DNA from: Kiritimatiellia bacterium
Lineage (GTDB): Bacteria; Verrucomicrobiota; Kiritimatiellia; RFP12; DVOR01
Length of the DNA: 64,000 bases
Reading direction: 5' to 3'
Assembly (NCBI GenBank): GCA_031552845.1
Contig: JAVBMC010000069.1
Location: 2,874-66,873, forward strand
How positions within the stretch are numbered: position 1 is the stretch's first letter; each line of letters opens with the position of its first letter. Shown in pieces: positions 35,111 to 45,298 of this stretch. The notes beneath the pieces were generated by a model. It worked only from the letters and a program-made list of their open reading frames with translations. It was not told the DNA's origin and did not search any database. Made by a program: the position numbers and the translations under genes.

Positions 35111-36451
35111 CTAGGGAGTTGTGATGACCTTGAGCGGATCGGCCGGGTCGACCTCAAAGTCGCCATTGGGCACCGCCACTCCGGCAGCCTGCAAACGGCG
35201 GCTCCACTTGGCCATCAGATCGCGGCGCACCGTCGCGGGCGAATCATCACCCTCGGCATTCTTCAGCGGCGAGAACTCCTCGGCACGGTCAAACGCCAGA
35301 TTCACAACGGTGTCAGCATCCGGCAGTACATCGAAGATGAACTTTTCGAACTTATACCCGTTCGGCGTGTCGGGCTTGATGAGCTTGCCCGCGGCATCGC
35401 AATACGGAATCTTCTTGTGAGCAATGTGCAAGGGCATATTACCCAGCGCTTCACGCTTCAAAAACTCGCGGTCAAACACATGAATGGCCACGCTGCCGTA
35501 CTTGTAGTACAGCTCGCCATCCGGCGTGCGCTGTTCCATCTGCTCCGGGGTGAGCTCGGAGTATTCCACCATGGCGAACTTACCGCCTCGCTTGACGACG
35601 ATGCCCAAACCTTCCTTGGCGTTGCGCTTGGCGCAGACTTTAACAGAGATGCCTGCCTTACGTTGAGCGTGTAGCCCCATGAAAGCAGGGTCGCAGATTT
35701 CAACCAGCGGATTATCCACCTGGAAAAAGAAAAGGGAGGTGACGTTGCGCTTCTCCATATCCGCCACAGCGCCGGAGGCGGCCAATGCGGAGAGCATGCC
35801 GCCATGTCCGTCAGGATTCATGAAGATGTGTCCAGGTTCGTCCAACATGATCTTACCGTCGGCCGTCAGCGCGGGCCACATGCCTTGCTTGAAGAAGAAA
35901 ACGTCTTCAGGGTTCAGTCCCAGATAGTTCCAACGTGCGAAGTGGGCGCGGGTCGCTTCGTCATTCGTCTCGCTGGTCATGATGTAAAACGGAATGCGTA
36001 CGTTGTACTTCCGCGAGAGCGCGATGATCTGGTGGGCGTGGAAAAAGAAAATGCAGCGCTCGGTGACCGGTGCGATAGGATACATCCCCTTGGGACCATC
36101 GTAACCCAAGCGCGAGCCCTGTCCGCCCGCCACCATCAACACGCCCGCCCTGCCGGCACGCAGGAGGTCTTCACCCGCAGCAACGGCCTGTGCACGCTGG
36201 TCGTCCGACAAAATCTCAACCGGTGCAGGTTCGCCGACTTCGCGCACAGCATCGGCTTTGGGGGCAGAGGCATCTTTCAACATCGCCTGCATGCGGCCGA
36301 TTGCTTTAAAGTCCAGCGTGGCAATCTGCGCCAGCAGCGCCGCCTGCCCTGCAGTATCCAACGTACTCCAGAATTGCAGGACATGGGCTTGTCCGTTGCG
36401 TTCCAATAAATCTTTCGCCGCTTCAAACGTCATATCAGCCTCCAAATTCAA
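35111..36451 (-). CDS. UDPGP/UAP-family nucleotide-sugar pyrophosphorylase (likely UDP-GlcNAc)
   Basis: AGGQGSRLG, PKG, PDGHGG, VEYSE, YKFEKFIFD and EFSPLKN motifs. Confidence 0.9.
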   Translation of the reverse strand: MNLEADMTFEAAKDLLERNGQAHVLQFWSTLDTAGQAALLAQIATLDFKAIGRMQAMLKDASAPKADAVREVGEPAPVEILSDDQRAQAVAAGEDLLRAGRAGVLMVAGGQGSRLGYDGPKGMYPIAPVTERCIFFFHAHQIIALSRKYNVRIPFYIMTSETNDEATRAHFARWNYLGLNPEDVFFFKQGMWPALTADGKIMLDEPGHIFMNPDGHGGMLSALAASGAVADMEKRNVTSLFFFQVDNPLVEICDPAFMGLHAQRKAGISVKVCAKRNAKEGLGIVVKRGGKFAMVEYSELTPEQMEQRTPDGELYYKYGSVAIHVFDREFLKREALGNMPLHIAHKKIPYCDAAGKLIKPDTPNGYKFEKFIFDVLPDADTVVNLAFDRAEEFSPLKNAEGDDSPATVRRDLMAKWSRRLQAAGVAVPNGDFEVDPADPLKVITTP

Positions 36452-36525
36452 AAGAGCATTACTATAGCAAATCCCTAACAGGGAAACAACACCAAATGCA
36501 GTTTCGGGCGGGAAGCCGTCCGGCG

Positions 36526-37533
36526 CTAGTAGCGGCGCAGGAGTTCCAGCATCTGCCGGTCGAGCTTATGTCCGCGAAAATCTTCATACCGCACGTCGGT
36601 ACGCTCGCTGTCCAAGATCCCAAAACCGCCGCGCAGAGTCCATAACGCCCAGCCCCAGTTGGCTTCCTTCCAGACTTTGAGATTATCCTCCATCCAGCGC
36701 AGGACAACGTCGTGCGGCGTCTTGTTAAACGCGCCGAACTCGCCAACCATCACGCTCACATCGTTTTCGACTGCAGGCTGCCAAGGTTTAATCATATGCT
36801 CCCGCAAATCCTCCAGCGCGTTCTTGCCCTCCGGCGGCCAGACAGGTTTTTCGGACGGCGAACCTACCCACGACGCCAAGTAGTGGGAAATACTGAAGGG
36901 ATAGTAGCCGCGCGCGCCTTGGCTGATTTTCAGATCAAAAAGCTGCTTGACGGGATAACGCCCCCATGAGAGGCCATCCGCACAAATTGGACGGTACGGG
37001 CTTTCTTCACGGATGGCCTTGACCAACTCCACGGCCACGCGGCGGTACTGCTCGGGCGTGATCTTATCATCCGGTTCGTTGAACAAGTTAAAGCTCAGAT
37101 CCTCAGGCGAGACGTCTTTATACCGCCGAGCCAACGCCCGCCAATGCAGGCAGGCAACAGTCAGCGCATCGTCGTCAGCAAACAGGTTGCGGGACTCCGG
37201 TGGCTGTGCAACCGTGTAACCGGGAATGCGGTGCAGGCACATTTGAATATGTATCTTATGCTTTTGCCCCAGCTTCAGCACATCATCCAACGGCTTGAGT
37301 TTGTCGGCATCAATTTCATTCCATTTGCCGTCCTTAATCCAGAAACGATAGTCCATCGGCAGGCGTGCAAAGTTGAAGCCCCACTCCTGCATCAATTCAA
37401 AATCCTCCGCACGGAAGCTTGCCGGCTCGCCTTTATATTTAGCTAGGTCCGTCAGATTGAATCCGCGGAACCGCGGCGCAGCTATTGTCGAACAGGCGGC
37501 CAAGACAAGTCCTAACATGATCGCTTTACGCAT
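36526..37533 (-). CDS. Glycoside hydrolase family 5, secreted
   Basis: Signal peptide; WGFNFARLP, catalytic NEP and VGEFG. Confidence 0.9.
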   Translation of the reverse strand: MRKAIMLGLVLAACSTIAAPRFRGFNLTDLAKYKGEPASFRAEDFELMQEWGFNFARLPMDYRFWIKDGKWNEIDADKLKPLDDVLKLGQKHKIHIQMCLHRIPGYTVAQPPESRNLFADDDALTVACLHWRALARRYKDVSPEDLSFNLFNEPDDKITPEQYRRVAVELVKAIREESPYRPICADGLSWGRYPVKQLFDLKISQGARGYYPFSISHYLASWVGSPSEKPVWPPEGKNALEDLREHMIKPWQPAVENDVSVMVGEFGAFNKTPHDVVLRWMEDNLKVWKEANWGWALWTLRGGFGILDSERTDVRYEDFRGHKLDRQMLELLRRY

Positions 37534-37551
37534 ATCCCCTCCTTGCGAATG

Positions 37552-38565
37552 TCACTTGACGCCGTGAGAAAACCGATCCATCCAATACGGAAGCACCATG
37601 TTTTCCGGCATATTACTGTCGAACTGTTTGGCAATCCGCTCTACGCGCTCCAAATTCATCAAAGCCTGAGCTCGGGTCAATCCGGCAGCGCGCAGGCTGT
37701 AGACCTCCGCATACTGCGGATAAAATAAAACACCGTCATCACCGCCGGAAACAGCCACCAGCAAGTCGCGGAACCATTTATTCAACGTCATCAAAAAGTT
37801 AGACCGCTGTTCGCGGTAACGCGCACTGATCTTGGCATCCAGCACATCATCGTCCTCGTCCACGTGCTGGGTTTCCTGCTGCGCTTTGTTCTCGGCCATA
37901 ACCTCTGTCTCGGCGGCATCCTTCATTTCCTTCAGCAACGTCACCAGCTGCAGTGCTGCGGCAGTACGGCCCGCCAAAGAATTTAAAGGAGAATTCGCCA
38001 ATACCTCCAGCACCTGCTCCCGCCACTCATCAGGCAAGTCGCGCACATCCTGCAAATCAATCCGCTGACAGCGGGACAGGATCGTCGGCAAGATTTCTTG
38101 TGGAGTATCCGACAGCAATAAAAACATCGAATCCGGGCTGGGTTCCTCCAGCGTTTTCAACAACGCATTGGCCGCGGCATCTTTCATACGGTCAGCACCG
38201 ACCAGCACAGCGACTTTCCAGCCGCCGATCAACGACGTTTGCTGCATGACCGGCAGGAGTTCTCTGCGGATTTGTTCGACGCTGAAGATACGGGACTTCT
38301 TCTCCGGATGCAGCCAATGCACATCGGCAAATACGCGGCGTTCAATCTGCTCGCACATCTGACACGTACCGCACGGCTTCTCATTACCGGTGCAAAACAA
38401 GTACTGTACAATGCGCAACGCCAGTGCCATTGCTTCGCCGCGGATTGAGCCCGTGATCAAATACGCCTGCGCCGGACGTCCGCTGTCAATTGCGCGGCGT
38501 ACCATGGCGAACTTATCTGCAACCGCGGCAGCGGCTTTCACATCACTGGCCGCATCCGCACACAT
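37552..38565 (-). CDS. holB: DNA polymerase III delta' subunit
   Basis: CGTCQMC Zn site, AANALLKTLEEP and LPTILSRCQ; follows tmk. Confidence 0.92.
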   Translation of the reverse strand: MCADAASDVKAAAAVADKFAMVRRAIDSGRPAQAYLITGSIRGEAMALALRIVQYLFCTGNEKPCGTCQMCEQIERRVFADVHWLHPEKKSRIFSVEQIRRELLPVMQQTSLIGGWKVAVLVGADRMKDAAANALLKTLEEPSPDSMFLLLSDTPQEILPTILSRCQRIDLQDVRDLPDEWREQVLEVLANSPLNSLAGRTAAALQLVTLLKEMKDAAETEVMAENKAQQETQHVDEDDDVLDAKISARYREQRSNFLMTLNKWFRDLLVAVSGGDDGVLFYPQYAEVYSLRAAGLTRAQALMNLERVERIAKQFDSNMPENMVLPYWMDRFSHGVK

Positions 38566-39178
38566 CGTCTGTCACCTTCCTGATATCCGCCGCAACCACA
38601 TCGGTCTCGCGGTCGACATTCACCACGCGGAAACGCTGCGGTTCGCCTGCGGCCAAATCTAAGAATCCCTGACGCAAACGGCAATGGAACGCGAGCTCTT
38701 CCTTTTCAAAACGGTCTTGTCCTGCCCCGCGGTCATTCACCCGGCACAACCCGGCCTCGGGCGGTAAATCCAAGAGCACCGTTAAATCCGGCACGAGCCC
38801 ACCCGTCGCAAAGCGGCTGAGACGGCGCAATTCATCCACAGCCCAACCTCGTCCTGCGCCTTGATACGCCAGCGTCGAATCTTCAAAGCGGTCACACAAC
38901 ACCCAAGCGCCTCGCGCTAAAGCGGGTTCAATCACTGCGGCGACCAATTGCGCCCGGCTGGCGCAGAACAGCAGCACCTCTGCCCGCGGCAGGGGCGCTT
39001 CGCCTGCGGCATCATGCTGCAGCAGATTACGCACAGCTTCGCCTAACAGCGTGCCGCCGGGTTCGCGCGTCATGACAACTTCAATTCCGCGCTCTTGCAA
39101 ATGCGCGGCCAGCAAACGGATGTGTGTACTTTTACCGGCACCTTCACCGCCTTCAAATGTGATGAAGCGTCCTCTCAT
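38543..39178 (-). CDS. tmk: Thymidylate kinase
   Basis: FITFEGGEGAGKST, TREPGG and LCDRF motifs. Confidence 0.97.
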   Translation of the reverse strand: MRGRFITFEGGEGAGKSTHIRLLAAHLQERGIEVVMTREPGGTLLGEAVRNLLQHDAAGEAPLPRAEVLLFCASRAQLVAAVIEPALARGAWVLCDRFEDSTLAYQGAGRGWAVDELRRLSRFATGGLVPDLTVLLDLPPEAGLCRVNDRGAGQDRFEKEELAFHCRLRQGFLDLAAGEPQRFRVVNVDRETDVVAADIRKVTDDVCGCGQ

Positions 39179-41034
39179 GGTTCTGTCCTTGGCTGAATAA
39201 ACGTCCGGTCGATCGCGGCCAGCGTCTCGTCCGACAAAACATACACTAGTTCACGCCCGCGCAGCATGGCATAACGTCCGCCGCCACGCGCCTTTGCGCC
39301 AATCAGCAACACCCGGCGCAGTGCGTCGTCACCGGTTAAATCAAACCGCACCTCCAGCATCGGCGAGGAGAGTCCATACAATGTCAACGCTTGCGGCGGC
39401 GGATTCAACTGCTCGACATATTGCGCCCGCAAATCCACGAACTGCCCCAGCCACTCTTTGAACGCCGGCACGTCCAATACGCCGGATTCCGTCTGCCAAA
39501 CACCATTGGGCGACGGCAGTGTACAACTCACTGAGTTAGTGACGCCATTAGGCTCGTAACGCGTCACAGCAACCGCCTTGACCGCCGCAGACGGAACAGA
39601 AAGAACGGTCCGATCAGCAAAGCGTCGAACATCCAAATTACCCCGCAGCTCGGGCGGCAGATTTGTCGCGGCCACCACGCACACATTACTTGCGGCCCCC
39701 GGCAGGCGAAGGCAATAGTCACGCGCACTGTCCTCCAGTGCAAAAACTTCCAGTTCAAACGGCGTCTGCTTGCCGGTCAAAGTAACCTTAGCGATCGGCT
39801 GTCCCAACGGCAACACAACCGCAGGCAGGTTCAGCTCCGGACGCAGCCGGACAATGGAGGTGAGCCACGTGTTGATATACTCGCTGTCGGCACGGCGGCC
39901 ATCGACTCCCGCCAGCATCCAGCCGCCTCCGGCATTGCGCACCACATCCACAGTTTGGTCGCCCACCACCAAATGCAGCTGTTGGATTTCATCGGGGTCG
40001 CCGTTATAGAACCGCGCTCCGGCGAAGACTTCCTGCAAGCTAGACTCTAATGCTGTCCAATACGCATTAGTCACCGTCACCAGCACATCGTCGTTCTCAA
40101 ACAAAGCATACACCTGTCCCGGCTGAGAAGCGGACAGCCGTCCCAAACGCAAACGCAACGGCTGTTCGCGTCCACGCTCACTCACCCAAATCCGTATAGC
40201 GTGTTCATCATCCAAGCCGTATTGGTTCAAGCGTGGCGTGGAGGCCAGCAACACCTCGGCGGCAGTGTTTGTCGTCTGAGCGGAAATCTCCGGCATGGCG
40301 GACTGCGCAAAGCTATCGGCACGGAACTCATACAAACGGGCCAGCAACGCTTGCACCGTCCGCGGATCGGCGACGCGTCCCACCGGTTGCCGCAAGATCC
40401 ACGTGCCGGACTCCAATGCCAACTGCACGCTACCCGATTCCGGCCTGCGGATTTCTACCGCCGTTGCGCGCTCCGCCGCAGCACCTAAGAAAGTACGAGA
40501 GCGTGCATCAACAGCGGTCTTCGGCAAGGCATCCCAAAAAGCCCGCGGCATCAGCTCGATACGTGAAGTGCCGGCACGTCCGACGTAGATTTCCGTTTCA
40601 TCCGCCGTCAGGCGGCCCAATAGAACCGACTCGCTGGTACCATCGGCATACTCAAGCGTGATGGATGCGGCCGGCGGTTCCAAGCCGAAGGTCTCGCGTG
40701 AAACGCGCCGCTGTTCAGCCTCTTGCGGCATAATCACATCGGTCGCCCGCGTATGCTCCAGCTCCGACAAAAGACGTTCGATGATCGCTCCATCGGCTTC
40801 ACAAGCAACGGGCTTCAACAAGCGCCAGCGTCCTCCGCTATTGGCCGCAGCAACCGTCTCGGCTCCCCGTTGCCACGTCAAAGAGACAACTTCATCAAAG
40901 CGCGGCGAGAACATGCCGCCTCCATCATGCTCAACGCTCGGCAAACCGGATTCCCGACGGTAAACCACCAACAGCAGAATCGAGAACAAACCAATCCAGA
41001 ACAACCATCGGATGAGTGATTTAACGGGGTTCAT
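39175..41034 (-). CDS. DUF4340-domain protein, repeated domains
   Basis: N-terminal TM, repeated ..FGLEPP/YGL motifs; follows the GldG-like gene; ATG 41034 overlaps the upstream stop. Confidence 0.75.
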   Translation of the reverse strand: MNPVKSLIRWLFWIGLFSILLLVVYRRESGLPSVEHDGGGMFSPRFDEVVSLTWQRGAETVAAANSGGRWRLLKPVACEADGAIIERLLSELEHTRATDVIMPQEAEQRRVSRETFGLEPPAASITLEYADGTSESVLLGRLTADETEIYVGRAGTSRIELMPRAFWDALPKTAVDARSRTFLGAAAERATAVEIRRPESGSVQLALESGTWILRQPVGRVADPRTVQALLARLYEFRADSFAQSAMPEISAQTTNTAAEVLLASTPRLNQYGLDDEHAIRIWVSERGREQPLRLRLGRLSASQPGQVYALFENDDVLVTVTNAYWTALESSLQEVFAGARFYNGDPDEIQQLHLVVGDQTVDVVRNAGGGWMLAGVDGRRADSEYINTWLTSIVRLRPELNLPAVVLPLGQPIAKVTLTGKQTPFELEVFALEDSARDYCLRLPGAASNVCVVAATNLPPELRGNLDVRRFADRTVLSVPSAAVKAVAVTRYEPNGVTNSVSCTLPSPNGVWQTESGVLDVPAFKEWLGQFVDLRAQYVEQLNPPPQALTLYGLSSPMLEVRFDLTGDDALRRVLLIGAKARGGGRYAMLRGRELVYVLSDETLAAIDRTFIQPRTEP

Positions 41035-42485
41035 GCGCGCCTCCACAAAACCAACAGACGCAGCAGCAAAAAGGCCGCAATCAATCCGGCCGATGAAACA
41101 CCCAAATAAGCCAGCCATTGCAAGCGGGTAAAGTTCAGCAGCAGCACCGCATCCTGTCCGCTTGCCGCACCGCCGCCGGTCGAATCATAACCTGCCAGCC
41201 AATTCATCGTATTTAGCAGGAAATCCATATTGGCGGCCGCGCGATGGTTCAGCGTTCCATTACTGGCACAAGCCGCATTACCGATAATCACCGCACGGGC
41301 AGAACGATACGCCAACCCCGTCGCTACATTACCACCACGTTCAATTGCCACAGCCAGCACAAACGGTCCTCGTTTGTCATTGGCGCCGATTTGGGCGGAT
41401 TCATCCGTTTTGACCAGCGGCAATACGCTCAGCGCCTCCGATTCATTCTTTAGAACCGCCTCCGACAGCTCCAACGCACGGGATGGCCCGAAGTGCAGCG
41501 TCAAATCGCCCAAGCTCCGCGTAATCTCGTGGTCAGCAAAATCCCGCACGACGATTTCAGCGCCGGACAGTGTTCGCGGCGATGTCACTGTTGATCCGGA
41601 TATCCGTACGCCCCAGCGCAAAAACAAATCACTTGCCACCGCCGGCGCCATCGCATTAGCAAAGTAAAGCACCCGCCCGCCGCGGTTGAGGAACTTATCA
41701 ATCCACTCCCGTTCTTCAACGGCAAACGCGGTCCGCGGCCCGACCACCGCCAGAATATCACACTCCTGCGGAACGCCCTGTTCTTGCACTAAGTCGCATA
41801 ACGACAGCTCAAATCCGTGGCGTCGAAGGGCATCTGCAAAAATAGAACACCCGCTCCAAACATCAAAATCATCCGGCCGCAATTCGCCATGGCCCGTCAG
41901 CCAGCCCACCTGCATCGTCCCACCCCGCAACAGCCGCTGGATTGCCGAAGCACAGGCCGACTCGTTGTGAAATATCTCTACATACTTGGCGTGCCGCTCG
42001 CGTCCGCTCATCAAGAACCCCGCCGTCGGTGTCGGCGTTTTTCCCTCCAAAGGTACCGCCACATGCCGCCAGCCTGATTCGAAGACGATTGTCCCCGGAC
42101 GCACGCCCATCTTCACAAAACGCAGGGCCGCATCAATGTCACGCCGCGGGTCGACATAGGCCAAATCAATCCGAGCACCCGCCACTCGGCGCGAGGCCGC
42201 TTGAATACCCCGCAACAGCCGGGACGCTGCACGATAACGCGGGTCGGTGGAGGATAGAAAACAGGTGACTTTCAAACTGCCCTGCGTCTCCGCGAGCGCA
42301 TTCTCCATCCGGACAGAGGCAACCCGGCGATGCCCCAAGCTCAGCTCGTGCGTGGGATTGATCCGCCATGCCAGCAGGTTCACCAGCACCGCCAGCACAA
42401 CCGCCAGCACGCCGGTCAAGCAGCGGTAAGCGGCTAGCGTGCGCGGGGGAAGCATAAAGGATATTTTCTTTGAACCGTGCGGCAT
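41031..42485 (-). CDS. GldG-like ABC transporter auxiliary protein
   Basis: TM at both ends, WLTGHGE, and N..FLLNTMNWL motifs. Confidence 0.75.
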   Translation of the reverse strand: MPHGSKKISFMLPPRTLAAYRCLTGVLAVVLAVLVNLLAWRINPTHELSLGHRRVASVRMENALAETQGSLKVTCFLSSTDPRYRAASRLLRGIQAASRRVAGARIDLAYVDPRRDIDAALRFVKMGVRPGTIVFESGWRHVAVPLEGKTPTPTAGFLMSGRERHAKYVEIFHNESACASAIQRLLRGGTMQVGWLTGHGELRPDDFDVWSGCSIFADALRRHGFELSLCDLVQEQGVPQECDILAVVGPRTAFAVEEREWIDKFLNRGGRVLYFANAMAPAVASDLFLRWGVRISGSTVTSPRTLSGAEIVVRDFADHEITRSLGDLTLHFGPSRALELSEAVLKNESEALSVLPLVKTDESAQIGANDKRGPFVLAVAIERGGNVATGLAYRSARAVIIGNAACASNGTLNHRAAANMDFLLNTMNWLAGYDSTGGGAASGQDAVLLLNFTRLQWLAYLGVSSAGLIAAFLLLRLLVLWRRA

Positions 42486-42496
42486 TTCAAAACCTC

Positions 42497-43249
42497 TTAC
42501 CGCCCGCTCAGGCGCAAATTACTCAAGCGGATGACCGCCAGCCATAACATGACCACGATCACCGACACATCAAAGACAACCGGGAACAACGCCAGAAGTC
42601 CCGTCGACACATCATAAATATGTGACAACGGCGAAATCCATCCCAACAAACTCCGCGCCGTCGGGAACCACAACCGCATCACGCCGATGGAGGCCAACGG
42701 CAATCCACAGCACACAAACAACATCAACGTGCCCGTCGCAGCGATCTGTTTGAAAAAGAGAGAAAGGAACACCGAGATGGAACACCATACCCCCGCCTGC
42801 AGAATCAAAACACACATCACGCTGGTCAGCTCAAAGAACGACACGCGAGGCACGCCTGAACCGGCCATCATCTGCGGCAGGAAGATGAGAGGGCTTAACG
42901 CTGTCACCAGAATAAACAAAACCATTGCCAGCCATACCGCGAGGAACTTGCCCAGCACCAAATACCCCTCGCTTATCGGCGAACTGAAAAATAACTCCAG
43001 CATCCCGGACGCACGGTCCTCCGCAAACAATCGGACAGACAGCAACACTGCCAAGATCGGCAGGCACAACGCTAGCGAAAAGCCCCATACCGCCTGCAGC
43101 GGCAGCTCGCCCACGCCATTACGCTGAAGCAGCCAGACAAACAATGCCGCCGACCCCACCAACGCCGACACTAATGACACCACGCCGGACGAGGGCCACT
43201 GAATCAACAACCGCCACTCACGCCGGCAGGTCACCCACACGCCGCTCAT
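42497..43249 (-). CDS. ABC-2/GldF-like permease
   Basis: RLFAEDRASGMLELFFSSP...VLGKFLA; about six TMs. Confidence 0.85.
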   Translation of the reverse strand: MSGVWVTCRREWRLLIQWPSSGVVSLVSALVGSAALFVWLLQRNGVGELPLQAVWGFSLALCLPILAVLLSVRLFAEDRASGMLELFFSSPISEGYLVLGKFLAVWLAMVLFILVTALSPLIFLPQMMAGSGVPRVSFFELTSVMCVLILQAGVWCSISVFLSLFFKQIAATGTLMLFVCCGLPLASIGVMRLWFPTARSLLGWISPLSHIYDVSTGLLALFPVVFDVSVIVVMLWLAVIRLSNLRLSGR

Positions 43250-43965
43250 GCTGCCCCCTTTCCGGCGCCGGACGACAGCTCAATCAATTTAGCCGTCAGC
43301 TCCGCCGGTTGAAAGTCGCGGACATTCAGCATTGCGGCCAAACGTCCCTCGTGCAACACGGCAAACCGCGTGCAAAAAGTCTTCATCATTTCCAACGCAT
43401 GACCGCTCAACACGATCGCCGCATTCGTCGACAGGTCAGTCAAGGCGCTCCCGATGCGCTTTTGCGTCACAGGGTCAACTCCGGCTAGAGGATCGTCTAA
43501 GAAAACCGCTTGAGGCGACAGCAATAACGCATCTGCAATGGCCACACGCTTCCGGCAGCCCAGCGACAGCTCGCGCATCGGCCTATCCGCAAAAGCATCC
43601 AAATCCAATCGATCAGACGCCTCCCTCAAACGGCGGCGCAAACGCAGCCAACGCTCCCGCTTCAAACGCGCCCGGTAGCGCAGATAGTCGGTTGGCGTCA
43701 TGTCTCCATAAACAGGACACGACTCCGGCAGAAAGGCGATATGCTTGCGGTATTCCAATGAGTTGCGGTAACAATCCAACCCATCCAATACCACCTTGCC
43801 CTTCGACGGCACCAACACCCCCGCCAGCAGCTTCAATAGAGTACTCTTACCCGCACCATTCGCGCCGACCACTCCGACAATCTCGCCAGGCGAAACGTCA
43901 AACGAAACATCCCGCACCGCCGGCCGGCGTCCATAAGCAAAGTAGAGTCCCTCTGCCGTCAGCAT
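43246..43965 (-). CDS. ABC transporter ATP-binding protein, GldA-like
   Basis: GANGAGKS Walker A, LSLGCRKR signature, FLDDP Walker B. Confidence 0.9.
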   Translation of the reverse strand: MLTAEGLYFAYGRRPAVRDVSFDVSPGEIVGVVGANGAGKSTLLKLLAGVLVPSKGKVVLDGLDCYRNSLEYRKHIAFLPESCPVYGDMTPTDYLRYRARLKRERWLRLRRRLREASDRLDLDAFADRPMRELSLGCRKRVAIADALLLSPQAVFLDDPLAGVDPVTQKRIGSALTDLSTNAAIVLSGHALEMMKTFCTRFAVLHEGRLAAMLNVRDFQPAELTAKLIELSSGAGKGAA

Positions 43966-45143
43966 AGGTCAATAATCTCCCGCGGCAATTCCGTCAAACA
44001 CTCCGTCCCCGACTCGGTGATCAAAAACGTATCTTCCGTGCCCACGGCACCGACTCCCGGCAACACAAACTTCGGCTCCACCGCGATACACATACCCGCC
44101 TCGAGCACATCCTTCGAACGCGCCCCCAGCACCGGCAGCTCGTTAATCACCAGCCCCGTGCCATGCCCGACAAACTTGGCCTTCTGCGCCAAGCCCATGA
44201 AACAATCTGCGCCGCCCGCATCAGCCGCCATCTGCAAGGCCAAATCATACAGCTCTTCGCACCGCACGCCGGGCCGCATTCGCTTCGCGACCTCCTGCTC
44301 AATCGCCACAGCCGCATCATGCAGGCGATACGCCTCACCCGATAGCCGCCCGCACGAATAAATCCGGCTCATGTCGGTCAAATAGCCCGCCGTATTCCAC
44401 GACAAGTCCGCCATTACCGACATCCCAGATGCAATCACCGTGCCATTCTCGCCGACAGGAATCGAACGATCCTCACCCGCGCCACCCAACGCAAAATCAT
44501 ACGGCGAAGGCTCCCCGGCATTATCCCCGGCCAGCACCAAGCCCACAAAAATCTCCATGCTCTGCCCGAACACGCGGAACATCCCCAAAGACCCCGCCTT
44601 ACGCAACGTATGCTCTGCCTCAATAGAAAAGTCGCGATCCGTCATCCCCGGCTTATACAGCCCCGGAAACTCCGCATAAGCCGCTGCATGCCGCCGTCCG
44701 GCCTCCCGCATGATCTCAATCTCACCCGGCGTACGCACCGCCCGCAGCCGCCGCAGCGTCAGCGAACCATTCACGCAGACAGCCGACGAAAACGCCGCGG
44801 CAATCCGCATGCAATCGCTATACGCCAGCTCATCCTGTTCCAGCGCCAGCCGCTTCGGCAAAGTCACGCCCTGCGCCGCCAACAGCTCCGGAATCTGCTC
44901 CACCTTACGGATCGACAGCACATGCCCGCCCGACAACCCGCACGGACGCTTCACAAAAAACCACGGTTCTCCCACGGCAGGCACATACACATACCCTAGA
45001 AAAATCCGCCCCGACAGATACAAAATATTCACCGTCGAGACAATCAACATCCCCTCGGCCTCCAGCCGCGGCAACTCCGCCTGCACTCTTTTCCAGCGCA
45101 GCGCCAAATCCAACTTCACATTATCAGAAACATCACTCAGCAT
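43959..45143 (-). CDS. Xaa-Pro aminopeptidase, M24 family
   Basis: Creatinase-like N-domain, DMSR, GHGTGL, VEP and TEDT metal ligands. Confidence 0.9.
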   Translation of the reverse strand: MLSDVSDNVKLDLALRWKRVQAELPRLEAEGMLIVSTVNILYLSGRIFLGYVYVPAVGEPWFFVKRPCGLSGGHVLSIRKVEQIPELLAAQGVTLPKRLALEQDELAYSDCMRIAAAFSSAVCVNGSLTLRRLRAVRTPGEIEIMREAGRRHAAAYAEFPGLYKPGMTDRDFSIEAEHTLRKAGSLGMFRVFGQSMEIFVGLVLAGDNAGEPSPYDFALGGAGEDRSIPVGENGTVIASGMSVMADLSWNTAGYLTDMSRIYSCGRLSGEAYRLHDAAVAIEQEVAKRMRPGVRCEELYDLALQMAADAGGADCFMGLAQKAKFVGHGTGLVINELPVLGARSKDVLEAGMCIAVEPKFVLPGVGAVGTEDTFLITESGTECLTELPREIIDLC

Positions 45144-45298
45144 CGCAGGCCTCACAAAAATGAAGCCCAAAGTATAACACAGCCCAGACTAAAAACAAAG
45201 GAAAAACCCCCACCCGTTTCCCCTTCCATCCACACGATTTGACGTGCTCTGCAACAATCAATGCAAGCAAACTAGAGCCACGCATGCCTGAAGGCATT

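Noticed and set aside
39175-43965. Gliding-motility or T9SS system
   Set aside because: GldA/F/G-like ABC modules occur widely without gliding, and no other gld/spr/T9SS genes are present in the window.
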